A stretch of 63,216 nt of DNA, counting the filler, from Octopus bimaculoides (Eukaryota): NCBI RefSeq assembly GCF_001194135.2. It is 5 parts of 5 records of this genome, joined end to end, with 100 filler letters (N's around TTAATTAATTAA, not from the genome) between each part and the next. Parts side by side here need not be neighbours in the genome. Positions count along the whole stretch, not along the records: positions 1 to 24,848 come from NC_068998.1; positions 24,949 to 40,199 come from NC_068981.1; 3 more parts are not named here. One strand, given 5' to 3'. Made by a program: the position numbers and the translations under genes. Each line of letters opens with the position of its first letter. The stretch's first letter is position 1. Of this stretch, positions 13,964 through 25,441 are shown in pieces. The notes beneath the pieces were generated by a model that saw only the letters and a list, made by a program, of their open reading frames with translations, made no database searches and was not told the DNA's origin.

Positions 13964-15428
13964 CTGTTGTTGAGCCAGAAATATATAAACATATATTTCA
14001 TATATATATATATACAAATATACACATCACTATCTCTCCTCTGTCTTTTTCTCAAACACACAACAGCTCTAGCCAATAAAATATCTTTTTCTGATATGTC
14101 TCTCTCCCCCTGTTGTGAAACAGAAAATAATCTCTAATCTATGATGTAGTAATTTTGCCATTGCAGTAAAGATCCAGTGAATTGTGAAGCTTCAAAATCT
14201 CTCTTTATCTATTTATCTGAATCAGTAAAATCTATCTTTTTCACACTTCGTTCACTCTCTCAGTCTATCTACCTTAACAAACCAGCAAAACTTTTTCCTC
14301 ACACATTTTTCAACTAGCAAAACTTCTCCAACACAATCTTTCAGAGAAAGAGAAAGAGAGAGAAAAAAAATGAGATAGAAGGAGAAGAGAGAAATTGCAC
14401 AGGACTTAAAAGGTCCCTTTCTTTCTCCCTTGCCAGCAGATGTGCTGCCGCTGTGAATTATAAAGCTAAAAATATTTAGTGCACTTGCTTAAGGACTTCC
14501 AAAGCCTGTCACAATCCCTTTTTTTTTTTTTTGCCAGATCTCAAGTGACCCATTTTTCAGGCAACAGGGGGTGGTGGAATTTGAACTCAGAATGCAAAGA
14601 ACTAGAACAGTTAGCCCCAAATTATCCTGTGTGACACTTAAATAATTCCACCAATTCATCATCTTGGACTGGTACATTATCAACCCCAAAAAGATGAAAG
14701 ATGAAGTTGACTTTGGTAGAATTAAACTTAAAAACAACAGGAACAAACATTTCAAGGCATTCTCTCTAATGCTCTAGCAACTCAACCAATTAGTCAAATT
14801 GTTCACAAACTGAATATATTAATGATGATGAACTCTTTAGTGGTGACACTATGGACAGAATGGGGTTATATGACACCACAATATCATCATCATCATGTCT
14901 ATGTTCTATGCTGGCATAGCATGGAATAGATACACTGACAAGATCTAAATATTCCAAACATTGCATCACGCTTCAATGTCTGCTTTTGGCATAGTTTCTA
15001 TGGCTAGATGTCCTTCCTAAAACCAACTGCCCTGCAAAGTACATTGGATGTTCCTTTCTTGCTACCAACTTGCAAGACAAAGATACCCCTTTGACTGAAT
15101 GGGCCTAAAGTTAGGAGGGAGGCAGGAAGTGAGGCATTAAAGTATGAGAAAGGAACCAGAACATGCATGGCTACTCACATTATAAAAGAGAGGGTGGGAA
15201 TAACCAGGATGGAACAGAATTCATATTATGGTAGTGTCACATGTTTTATACGAACTAACTCAACTAATAATAAACTACCTAATATCTAAAATAAATAACT
15301 CTTCAGGGGTGACACCGGTTATAGGACACTCAATAGATTATAACATTTATATCATTGTGCTATCACATGTTTTGTATGTTTTACCCATATCCTGCAGCAG
15401 AAGTGTTAAGACTGATCCTTCTGGTGGT

Positions 15429-15680
15429 GTAAAGCACCTGTAGCAGAGTCACGTAAAAGCGCCTGTGTGGTACCAAGTAAAAGCCTCCATGTAGTGTCAC
15501 ATGAAAGCAACCAGTTGGTGCCACAAAAAAAATGCCTGTGCAGCACCACATAAATTGCCCATGTGACGCCATGTGAAAGCACCTGTGCAGTGCCATGCAA
15601 AAGCGCCTGTGCGGTGCCATGTGAAAGCGCCTGTGTGGTACCATGTAAAAGTGCCTGTGCAGTTGCCAAGCAAAAGCACC
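15429..15680 (+). repeat. ~24-bp degenerate tandem array inside a SINE
   Basis: About 10 units resembling GTAAAAGCGCCTGTGCGGTGCCAT, followed by the SINE 3' part ending GTTAAATGATGATG (~15810). Confidence 0.85.
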
Positions 15681-16399
15681 CAGCAAACTCTGTAAAGTGG
15701 TTGGCATTAGGAAAGGCAACCATGCCAAACCAATCTGGTGCAGCCCCACCACCAGCTCTGGTCAAACCAGTCAACCCATGCCAGCATGGACAATGGATGT
15801 TAAATGATGATGAATGATATACCACTGATGTGGGCATTGTAGTGTATCCATTACAGTACCCACATCAGTTGCAGGCCACAAAAGGGAGAGTAAGTCGACC
15901 CTTCCATTTATAGACAGGGATGGTACCTTGGGTAAGCGCTAGCAACTCCTTAGCTTCTCAGGCCAGGGATATGGTGAAGATGTCGATAGGACATTAGATA
16001 ACTGATAGGGGGGGATCCTAGACCAATGGCTTGAAGGTTACTGCAGCCAACAGACGTTTAGATGTCAACTAGCAATGCAGGGCAGCCTCATCATTGACCA
16101 TGCTCTTTGCACTATTGAACACTAATTGATACTTGGTGTGGAGGCCCAGACAGGCAGTTAGGTGGTGATGGTGGTGGTGGTGGTGATGCCAACTGCTTTA
16201 CTCACCATCCAAAGGTGTTTTGTTCTGAACAGAACAGTCAACACCATCAACAACATATACCTATTATATCACATGACCCAACTGTTGGTAAATATGGTCA
16301 GCACCATTTAATATGGCTACTAGCTTGATGATGGAGATGAGGGCTTTGTTATTCTAGAATAAGGTTTCTAGAGGGAAAGAACTTCATGAGACTAAAACT

Positions 16400-16680
16400 T
16401 TACATGGATAAATGCTTTAGTGTGGGACTACATAATTGGATTTCACTAGATTCGTTATAAACAAGAGCACACTCCGTTGTTGTAGTGCTAGTAATAGCAT
16501 TTGAATTTGTGACCTGAATCATCACACCCATACCATAAGCAAGCTACGATTGTTAGAAAAGGAAACTGAAGTTACATACTTGGAAACTGAACAACAAAAA
16601 ATGAGGGAAGTGATAAGTATACTAAACAATTACAATAATGCTGGCTTGAGTATGGACAAGAATTTCAGGAAGTGTTCACA
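16400..16680 (+). mobile_element. Penelope-like GIY-YIG endonuclease remnant
   Basis: Degraded YI-G..R..EH motif, then HTISKLRLLEKE..EVISILNNYNNAG resembling the PLE endonuclease C-terminus. Confidence 0.4.
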
Positions 16681-16764
16681 GACACACAGACAGATGCTTG
16701 TTAATTTTAGTTCTGATAAAAAATTGCTTAGATATTTACAATATTATTATTATTATTATTACTA

Positions 16765-16985
16765 TTAAGGCAGAGAGCTGGCAGAATTGTTAGCATGCCA
16801 GGCAAAATGTTTAGTGGCATTCCGTCCATCTTTACACTCTGAGTTCAAATTCTGCCAAGGTTGACTTTGCCTTTCATCCTTTCGGGGTTGATAAAATAAG
16901 TACCAGTTGAACACTGGGATCGATATAATCTACTTATCACCTCTCCACAAATTGCCGCCCTTGTGGCAAAATTTGAAACCATTAT
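16765..16985 (+). mobile_element. tRNA-derived SINE (GTTGACTTTGCCTTTCATCCTTTCGGGG family)
   Basis: Head GAGCTGGCAGAATTGTTAGC, B-box GAGTTCAAATTC; more copies near 12700, 14530, 18680, 19250, 19560, 27735, 36240, 42990, 49548. Confidence 0.85.
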
Positions 16986-18206
16986 TCATCATCATCATCC
17001 TTTAATGTCCATTGTCCATGCTGGCATGGGTTGGACGGTTTAACAGGGCTGGCACGCTGGAAGGCCGCACCAGACTCCAGTCTGATTTGGCATGGTTTTC
17101 TACACCTGGATGCCCTTCCTAATGCCAACCACTCCAAGAGTGTAATGGGTGCCTTTACGTGCCACTAGCACAGGTGCCATTTGCATGACACTGGTATCTT
17201 CCATGACTGCGATTTTGCTCGGCTTGATGGGTCTTCTTCTCAAGCACGACATAATGCCAAAGGTCTCACTCCTTGCCTCCATGAGGCATGTTGTATGGAG
17301 TACAGTATGGCAGTGGAAGTGTGGGTGTAATGTGTGGGATGCACTACAGCAGTGAGAATAGAGCATGCAGTATGGGGTACGCTGTGGTAGTCATGTTATG
17401 ATGTGTGGGTTGTATGGGTATGTTGTTTAGAGCATAGTATAGTAGTCATGCTATGTTGCACAGGGTACAGTATGTACGGAAGGAGGGTGCATTGTGTGGA
17501 GTACTGTGCAGCAACGAGGTACATTATATGAGGTACAGTGTGGCAGTGAGGGTACGCTGTGTGAGGTACAGTATGATAATGAAGGTATAGTGTTTGTAAA
17601 AAGTAGCAAACAGGGAATGTCGTATGTGGAGTACATTGTGAAAATCAGAACCTGCTATTGTTTAACCCTTGGCCTCAAAACTGATTGAGCAAGCCTATGA
17701 TCAGAGGCTTTTCAGCCATGACTATCCTGCTTATTCAGAATAATCTAAATATTATCTCACCTTATTTCAGACAATGGTAGGGAGTGATTTAAGGGAGATT
17801 TGACAGCAACTCCTAGCAAGTCAAGCATGCGTGGGAGGAGTGGCAGTTAAGCTGTGGAGTGAAGCTGCAGTCAGAACATGTGCATGCTAATGTGCATGTC
17901 TGTGTTGAAACAGTCAGCAAAGTAATATGTATAAATCTTAGTCACACTAATTAGATTGTCCTATTTAGCAAGTTTGCCTTATACAAAACACATTACTAAC
18001 CCAGTCCACCTGGTACTGCTGTATCATTGGACAAAAAAAGGCTTCCTAACATTATAGTTGTTGTGATTATTTAGCCCTAGGTCAGCCCTCATTGAGTAAA
18101 TCTAAGGTCAAAAGTATAACAGCTGGTCGCCACTAATTTATTTTTTAAAAGAACAGTGTCTCTGGGACCACATTATTTCATGTATCCTTTTAGGGTTATT
18201 TTTAAA

Positions 18207-18431
18207 CCCTTTTTTGATACCAACCTGCCTGAGACCTCACTTGTTTCTATGGCATAAACTTCCTGTTTTAAAGTAAATTAAATTAAAATTTACCATTCAA
18301 GTTTTATGCTAATTTGTTTTAAAAAAAATCCTGTTTAATAACAAAGTTATTTGAATAAATTCTTTGTTATTTTCAAAATTAATTGAAAACAAAAGTAGCG
18401 TCTTTCAACAGAAATAGGGTGACAAAATGGG
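18207..18431. mobile_element. piggyBac-like MITE (inverted copy of 1673-1890)
   Basis: CCCTTTTTTGATACCAACCTGCC left end; GGG|TTAA right end. Confidence 0.7.
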
Positions 18432-19216
18432 TTAAGGCAGAAAGGAGTGATTTGTGGGACATTTAGCTGTTATTTCTAGGTGGATGAGTGACCTCAAAAA
18501 CATTCTCCAATAAGAACAAGACAGATTTATATTATATCCAATGAAACTGGATTTCACCTTAGATAAGACACTCAGTACGCTTCAGTGAACTCGGCAGTAA
18601 ACAAAACATGTTCTACCACTTTGTTTACAAATGCCAACAGTAGTATTGCATGAAAGACAATGATGATGATGATGATGATCCTTTCTACTATAGGCACAAA
18701 GCCTGACATTTTGCGGGGGTGTAGTTAGTGAATTACATCGAACCCAGTGCACAACTGGTACTCATTTTATCAACCTTGAAAGGGTGAAAAGCAAAATCAA
18801 CTTTGCCAGGATTTAAACTGCCAACACAAAGACAGATTAAAAGCTGCTAAGCATTTTGTTTGGCACAACAATGGCTTTCCCAGCTCACTGCCTTGATGAT
18901 GATGATGACAATAATGATAATTATGATATTAGCAATAATGATGGTGATGATAACGACAACGATAATGATGCTGAAAGCAATGACAGTTTCCACAACTGAG
19001 ATCTGACCCAGTGATCTTGCCACTGGGGAAAATTTCACCTTTGGGGGAAAATTTTCATGGTCCCAGGGGTAAACTTTGAGTGGTTGACTTAAGCGATAAT
19101 CCAGCTTAACACCACTAACTTGTCCTAGACTCAGGCACCTTTAATGAGGTCCATTCTGTTGCAAGAATTCAACTTGGGATTTCCAGCGGCAAAATTTATT
19201 TTGGGCTGAAAAATTC

Positions 19217-19251
<35 letters not shown>

Positions 19252-19794
19252 CGAGGTGATGAGTTGGCAGAATCATTAGCATGGTGGACAAAATGCTAAG
19301 CAGTATTTCACCCATCATTACGTTCTGACTACAAATTCCACCAAGTTCAACTTTGCCTTTCATCCTTTCAGGGACAATAAAATAAGTACCAGTTGAACAT
19401 TGGGGTCAATGTAATCGACTCATCCTCACCTCTCACAAGCTGTCCTTGTGGCAAAAATTTGAAATAACAACAACAACAACAATTATTATTATTATCATCA
19501 TCGTCATCAAGGGGGCAAGCTGGCAGAACCATTAGAATGCAGGGTGAAATAATAATCCTTTATGTTATAGGCATAAGGCCTGAAATTTACGGGGAGGGGA
19601 CTAGTTGATTACATCGACCCCAGTGCTTCACTGGTACTTAATTTATCGACCCCTGAAAGGATGAAAGGCAAAGTTGACCTTGGCAGAATTTGAACTCAGA
19701 ACATGAGGACAGATGAAATACCGCTAAACATTTTGCCCAGCATGATTCTGCCAGCTCACCACCTTAATAATAATAACACAACTACTAATAATAA

Positions 19795-20350
19795 TAGCCC
19801 TGATACAGTACCAGGCAGTGGCTCTCATTGCTTCTGATCTTAACTGATTGGAAGTGCTATCGTGTACATGTTTTGTCTTGGTATAAAAGATGTGCTACAG
19901 TAAATATTCTGCTTGCTACCACAGATGTGCTTATTAGCTGTGTGACCATAACCATTTGAGCATGTCCCTTGGTGGCTGACAATATGTGCATCTCGGATCA
20001 TGAGCAAAAGTAGTGGGGGAACATCATAGCCATGTGTTGAGAGCAATTATTTGGGATTTGAATAATTCACCCAAGTAAACATGGGTGTTTCAGTCAACAT
20101 CCTTAAACAACCCTTATTCAGGAACCTTTTTCAAGCGGGATGGGCAATTCAACCTGAAGAAAATTCTAACTGGGTCCACCTGCAAGGTCATGCACTATTT
20201 ATCTTGATATGAGATCACCATGTTGCGCACATATGGTTGTGATGCATATGTCAGGTGTACCCTTATCAGACGGGAAGTCATGATGGGTATACTGGGCTTT
20301 GTATATTCTACCCCAGTGTCACTTTGATGGCATGCACTGCTCTCTGACTC
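19795..20350. mobile_element. Unclassified ~560-bp insertion between (AAT)n tracts
   Basis: Higher-complexity, GC-richer block bounded on both sides by AATAATAAT; no ORF or family recognised. Confidence 0.3.
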
Positions 20351-20383
20351 AATAATAATAATTATAATATATATATATATATT

Positions 20384-20436
20384 GTTGTTTATAGTTTCAG
20401 CTCAGAGCTGCGGCCATGCTGATGCACCGCCATGAT
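20384..20436 (-). mobile_element. Retroposon 3' tail fused to the U6 copy
   Basis: Minus strand ATCATGGCGGTGCATCAGCATGGCCGCAGCTCTGAGCTGAAAC matches the SINE tail CCATGGCGGTGCTCCAGCATGGCC at ~33258. Confidence 0.75.
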
Positions 20437-20536
20437 AATATGGAACGCTTCACGAATTTGCGTGTCATCCTTGCGCAGGGGCCATGCTAATCTTCTCTGT
20501 ATGGTTCCAATTTTAGTATCTGTATTGCCGAAGCAA
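20437..20536 (-). pseudogene. U6: U6 snRNA copy, probably a retro-pseudogene
   Basis: Minus strand TTGCTTCGGCAATACAGATACTAAAATTGGAACCATACAGAGAAGATTAGCATGGCCCCTGCGCAAGGATGACACGCAAATTCGTGAAGCGTTCCATATT. ACAGAGA box and AGC triad intact; first ~4 nt and oligo-T terminator missing. Confidence 0.95.
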
Positions 20537-20680
20537 TATATATATATATTCTACATATGGATAGACCATAGTTAAGCTCCAGGTTCGGTGATTATGCGAA
20601 TAAGGGGTCCAACGTACGTCATATATCAGCGTGTGTATATAAGGATTTACTTTTTTATCTCATTACGAAAAGTAAATCCT

Positions 20681-20746
<66 letters not shown>

Positions 20747-22024
20747 CATATATATATGACACAGAAGTTAATATTATACATATGTATATGACAGAAGGGA
20801 GTCATGATGGGGAAGTAGTAAGGGTTGGGCAGGGGAGTGAACAAGGAGAAAAAAATGAATAAAGTTATTTATTTGTACAGTAAATGTGGATAGAGTCAAA
20901 GAGGACACATGAAAGAATACATAAAAGAGAATATCAGGTGAGAATTGAACCCATGGCGCCAAGTCAACATGTTGGTACATTTATAGATATATAAATGTAT
21001 TAATAGATGATATGGAGTATTCTAAGTTACTGTTCCTCTCCATAACTTAGTACATATGTTCTACACACATATGGTTTCAGAAAATCTTACAACACGCTCA
21101 GATTGATACATAAATAAATATATATAAATACACACACACACACACACATATACTTATGTACATAGAGCTTCAGTGAATGTTATATACATGAAGACAGACA
21201 CAGAAGTTAATATCAAAATACACACACACAATATAGAATGTTAAAAAAAAATGTACATTCATACACAGAGTTTTAAAGAAGGTTAAACACACACACTAAC
21301 TAACCTACAGTGACACATACACACAAATTTACACACAGAGCTTTATTGTTAAGACAGCCACACACACACACACATACACTTGCACAGCATGGCGTGACTT
21401 TTTACAATCTTGCTAATCTTTCCTATCATCCAAACCCTCTTGTAAACATTCTCAATTACATCACCACCACTCTCTCTTTAATGTACTGACAGACATGGAT
21501 ACAATTGGTACCATGAGACTATCTTTTAATTCATATAATTCTAACAAGGGAGCTGCAGCATGGCAACACAGCTGTTTCAATCCTGGTTCCATGGACAGGA
21601 GATCAAATACCCCAGAACACTGCATACACACACACACGTTTGCCACTCCTTATACTCAATAATCTCTTCTTTTAACTCACTCCCAGCCAAACCACAATAT
21701 CTCTCTCTCTCTCTCTCTCACACTATCTCTCTCTCGTTTTTTCTTCAAACTTAAACAAAGGGTGAAGTCCAAATGTTTTAAATTCTTTGTTCATTCATTT
21801 TAAACATACCAAATTCTTCTATAGACTCTAACATAGATTAATTGTTGCTGATAGCACAGACCATCATGAATTTCCTTCTGACTTTATTCAAGATCAAATC
21901 TTGATATGAAGCAACTGTATCAAAAATTCCCAAAATTCCCAAATTTCAAAAAAAGAAATTTGTTACAAATGCATACCACCAGGAGTTTCCTTGCAATATT
22001 TTTTTTTATATTTTTAACCAACAG

Positions 22025-22077
22025 GTCTGGCCATCTGCATTCATCCTGTTGTTTAGTCTTAGATCATACCCAAACAA
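22025..22077 (+). CDS. Candidate exon (VWPSAFILLFSLRSYPN in phase 0)
   Basis: Acceptor TTTTTTATATTTTTAACCAACAG, donor AA|GTAAGA; two frames open; no partner exon found. Confidence 0.25.
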
Positions 22078-22859
22078 GTAAGACTTACGGTCAAAAGCAT
22101 NNNNNNNNNNNNNNNNNNNNNNNNNNNNNNNNNNNNNNNNNNNNNNNNNNNNNNNNNNNNNNNNNNNNNNNNNNNNNNNNNNNNNNNNNNNNNNNNNNNN
22201 NNNNNNNNNNNNNNNNNNNNNNNNNNNNNNNNNNNNNNNNNNNNNNNNNNNNNNNNNNNNNNNNNNNNNNNNNNNNNNNNNNNNNNNNNNNNNNNNNNNN
22301 NNNNNNNNNNNNNNNNNNNNNNNNNNNNNNNNNNNNNNNNNNNNNNNNNNNNNNNNNNNNNNNNNNNNNNNNNNNNNNNNNNNNNNNNNNNNNNNNNNNN
22401 NNNNNNNNNNNNNNNNNNNNNNNNNNNNNNNNNNNNNNNNNNNNNNNNNNNNNNNNNNNNNNNNNNNNNNNNNNNNNNNNNNNNNNNNNNNNNNNNNNNN
22501 NNNNNNNNNNNNNNNNNNNNNNNNNNNNNNNNNNNNNNNNNNNNNNNNNNNNNNNNNNNNNNNNNNNNNNNNNNNNNNNNNNNNNNNNNNNNNNNNNNNN
22601 NNNNNNNNNNNNNNNNNNNNNNNNNNNNNNNNNNNNNNNNNNNNNNNNNNNNNNNNNNNNNNNNNNNNNNNNNNNNNNNNNNNNNNNNNNNNNNNNNNNN
22701 AGAATATAAACAGTTTATTTTACAAATTTTAATAACAGAAATATTTGACATTAAAGGTTGAAAGGAAAAGAACGCTGAAGGAAAGAAACGAGAAGTAAAA
22801 GGAATTAAGTTTCTACATTAATTTATTATATACATATTTTTTACATTTATAGAAATTCA

Positions 22860-23250
22860 GAAACCAGATCATTTCGTCGTAGAGAATTACGACTTAAATT
22901 TATTATTAACTAGTTTCTCATTCTAACTAATAAGGTTTCATGGCAATTCAATATTGTCGGATTTGAGTATTGAACATGGCATATATATTAGCCTATACTC
23001 AAAAGGGTGAGTGTCGTGGACTTGAGTGGCAAATAATGAACACTGGAGATTTTGCCGAAAATCAGGGTTTTTATAACTACTCGTACACGAATCATAGAAC
23101 CGTAACCCCGTGAAAGATTTCTTCAACGAAGTTCATAATTCGTATATGAGCAGTAATTTTTAACCAATAAGAAATCAATAATTTCTCATGTTCGGGCAAA
23201 CGAACTTACGTTCTCTCTCCGCCTTTTATGAGTTTGCTACACTTCCTCCA
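22860..23250. promoter_or_regulatory. CpG-enriched promoter-like patch
   Basis: About 16 CpG in ~360 bp by manual count versus CpG-poor flanks; CCAAT near 23164, ACTTCC (ETS-type) near 23240, minus-strand donor GTAAGT near 23204. Confidence 0.35.
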
Positions 23251-23691
23251 AACCAGACATGTTTCTATGGAAGATAGGAAATGAAGGACACCACTTTCAC
23301 AGCAGTAAAGTTCGTTTACAACCATCATGTTGTTCAGACAAGGAGACAATAACACACAAATACACGCATGCACATACACAATATGTACAACATGCTGCTT
23401 TCAGTTTCTGTTTAAACAAATCCACTAACAAGGCTTTGGTTGGCCCAAGAAGACACCTGCCCGGGGTGCTACACAGTGGGACTGAACCTGAAACTATATA
23501 GTCAGGAAGCATACATCTGACCATACAGTCTGATATAAAATTGATAAAGATGACATAATATGCCATTGGAGCAGCCTTCTATACAATAGTTTGATGATAT
23601 TTCATTATCTATATGCTTCTCTGATCATATCATCACTGCTGTAGACAAATAAATTAAAACAAAACTGCATCAACAGTTTACTCAAGTAAAT

Positions 23692-24032
23692 CAGTGGTTC
23701 TCAACAGGGATCCATGTGGCCCCCGAGGGTCCATAATAGATTTCTAGGGGTTCACACAGCAAAATAGTAAATTAGAGATCCAGAATAGTATTTTAAGGGC
23801 TCCTGAAAAAATGTTGCTTTAGATGTATGTATTGGTATTTATTGCAAGAAACAGCTAGGTTTCTTTCTCTATCCATTTTACATAGTTCAACCTAGACAAG
23901 TTGATGTGTGAATAACAAAATAGGAATTTTGAAAGAAGTTTCTATAAAACTACATCAAAAGGCTATGGGGGTCTGCCAGAGTAAAATAGTAATCAAAGGG
24001 GTCTACAGATAAAAAATGGTTGAGAACCCCTG
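23692..24032. mobile_element. hAT-type MITE
   Basis: Terminal inverted repeats CAGTGGTTCTCAAC / GTTGAGAACCCCTG; related right-end fragment at ~44575-44646; 8-bp TSD decayed. Confidence 0.75.
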
Positions 24033-24603
24033 AAAATAATATGATACTACAACCAACAACTATAACAGTTTTATATATATATACATATATATTCACACAC
24101 ACACACATATATATATAACTGTTAGATCCACACCACACCACACTATACTATACCAATGTAGTCACTACCATACCAATACCATTACAGCCACTACTACTGC
24201 AATGTTAAAGAGCTACTAACTACCACCTCAATACGTAACTAGCACCACTTTAACAACTGCCACATGTTCTTTTTGAAATATTTGCTTACATAAGTGCACA
24301 GCATTTCATTTGCTTTACAAAATCAACATCTGTATAAGTGTATGGCCGGCTCGATAGATAGATAGAGAGATAAGAGAGAGAGACAGACAGACAGACAAAA
24401 ATATGATAGACCTACAGATAGACAGAGAGAAAGATGACAGACAGACAGATAAATAGTTGGATGAATAGATAGATAGAGAAATATCAAATATAAATGGTAA
24501 CGTGTTTGTGCAGCAATTAAATGAAAGAGAACTGCATACTTTTTATTAGAATGGAATACATTTTATTTCAGACTGAATTATTTTGCAAGTCACTGCTGAG
24601 TGT

Positions 24604-24848
24604 GTCATCATCATCATCGTCGTCGTTTAACGTCTGCTTTCCATGCTAGCATGGGTTGGACGATTTGACTGAGGACTGGTGAAACCGGATGGCAACACCA
24701 GGCTCCAATCTGATTTGGCAGAGTTTCTACAGCTGGATGCCCTTCCTAACGCCAACCACTCCGAGAGTGTAGTGGGTGCTTTTACGTGTTACCTGCATGA
24801 AGGTCAGTCAGGCGGTACTGGCAACAGCCACGCTCGAAATGGTGTATT
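24604..24848 (-). mobile_element. SINE with (GAT)n tail, young copy truncated by gap
   Basis: CATCATCGTCGTCGTTTAACGTCTGCTTTCCATGCTAGCATGGGTTGGACG... Confidence 0.85.
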
Positions 24849-24948
24849 NNNNNNNNNNNNNNNNNNNNNNNNNNNNNNNNNNNNNNNNNNNNTTAATTAA
24901 TTAANNNNNNNNNNNNNNNNNNNNNNNNNNNNNNNNNNNNNNNNNNNN
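24849..24948. other. Artificial 100-bp scaffold spacer
   Basis: 44 N + TTAATTAATTAA + 44 N; same design at 40200-40299, 52717-52816 and 58682-58781; stops in all six frames. Confidence 0.9.
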
Positions 24949-25402
24949 CAAAAAGAAAGAAAAAAAATGTACGGACCCCTAGTATATTTGAATTCATTCT
25001 TGCGTCAGAAAAAAAAAAACGTATGAGTTGAAGATTGAAGGTTTTTCAGTGATAATTACCTACGATATAATAAACAGTACAGACCATTCGTAACAAAACT
25101 TAGTTCACCATTAATGGAGCTTAAGATAAAAACTGTTTCGAAACCGGCTTCTCTCTCCCTCTCGCTCTCTCTCCCCTTCTCTGTTTCTCTACTGAAAGTC
25201 TTTCTTTTCTTAATCACTGATTCTCTCTATCTCTCTCCCCCCTCTCTCTCTTTCTCTCTCTCTACTCATTCCTATCGGAGATTGACACCGCTTGTGGTTT
25301 ACTTCACCGGAGATTAATTCCATCGGATATTAATTAACCCTACCGGAGATTAAGTAGTTTATTACTATTATTACTGTATGCATATATACATATACGTATA
25401 CA

Positions 25403-25441
<39 letters not shown>

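Noticed and set aside
15429-15680. CRISPR-like array
   Set aside because: Units are contiguous and degenerate with no unique spacers, lie inside a SINE, and no cas genes are present
17290-17640. Odd GTA/TGT-rich stretch (similar at 4600-4750, 24040-24250)
   Set aside because: Decayed CAC/TAC-type simple repeat with no discrete unit or coding signal
18847-19120. Transmembrane-looking ORF (IIIVVVIITIII)
   Set aside because: Hydrophobic stretch derives from a (GAT/AAT)n microsatellite; flanking peptide unrecognised
20560-20595. TCACCG PSE-like motif upstream of the U6 copy
   Set aside because: Lies about -51 rather than about -65, has no TATA at about -30, and the copy lacks a T-run terminator; insufficient to call a functional U6 gene
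24893-24904. Recurring TTAATTAATTAA palindrome (also 40244, 52761, 58726)
   Set aside because: Always centred in 44 N + 44 N; an assembly spacer, not biology
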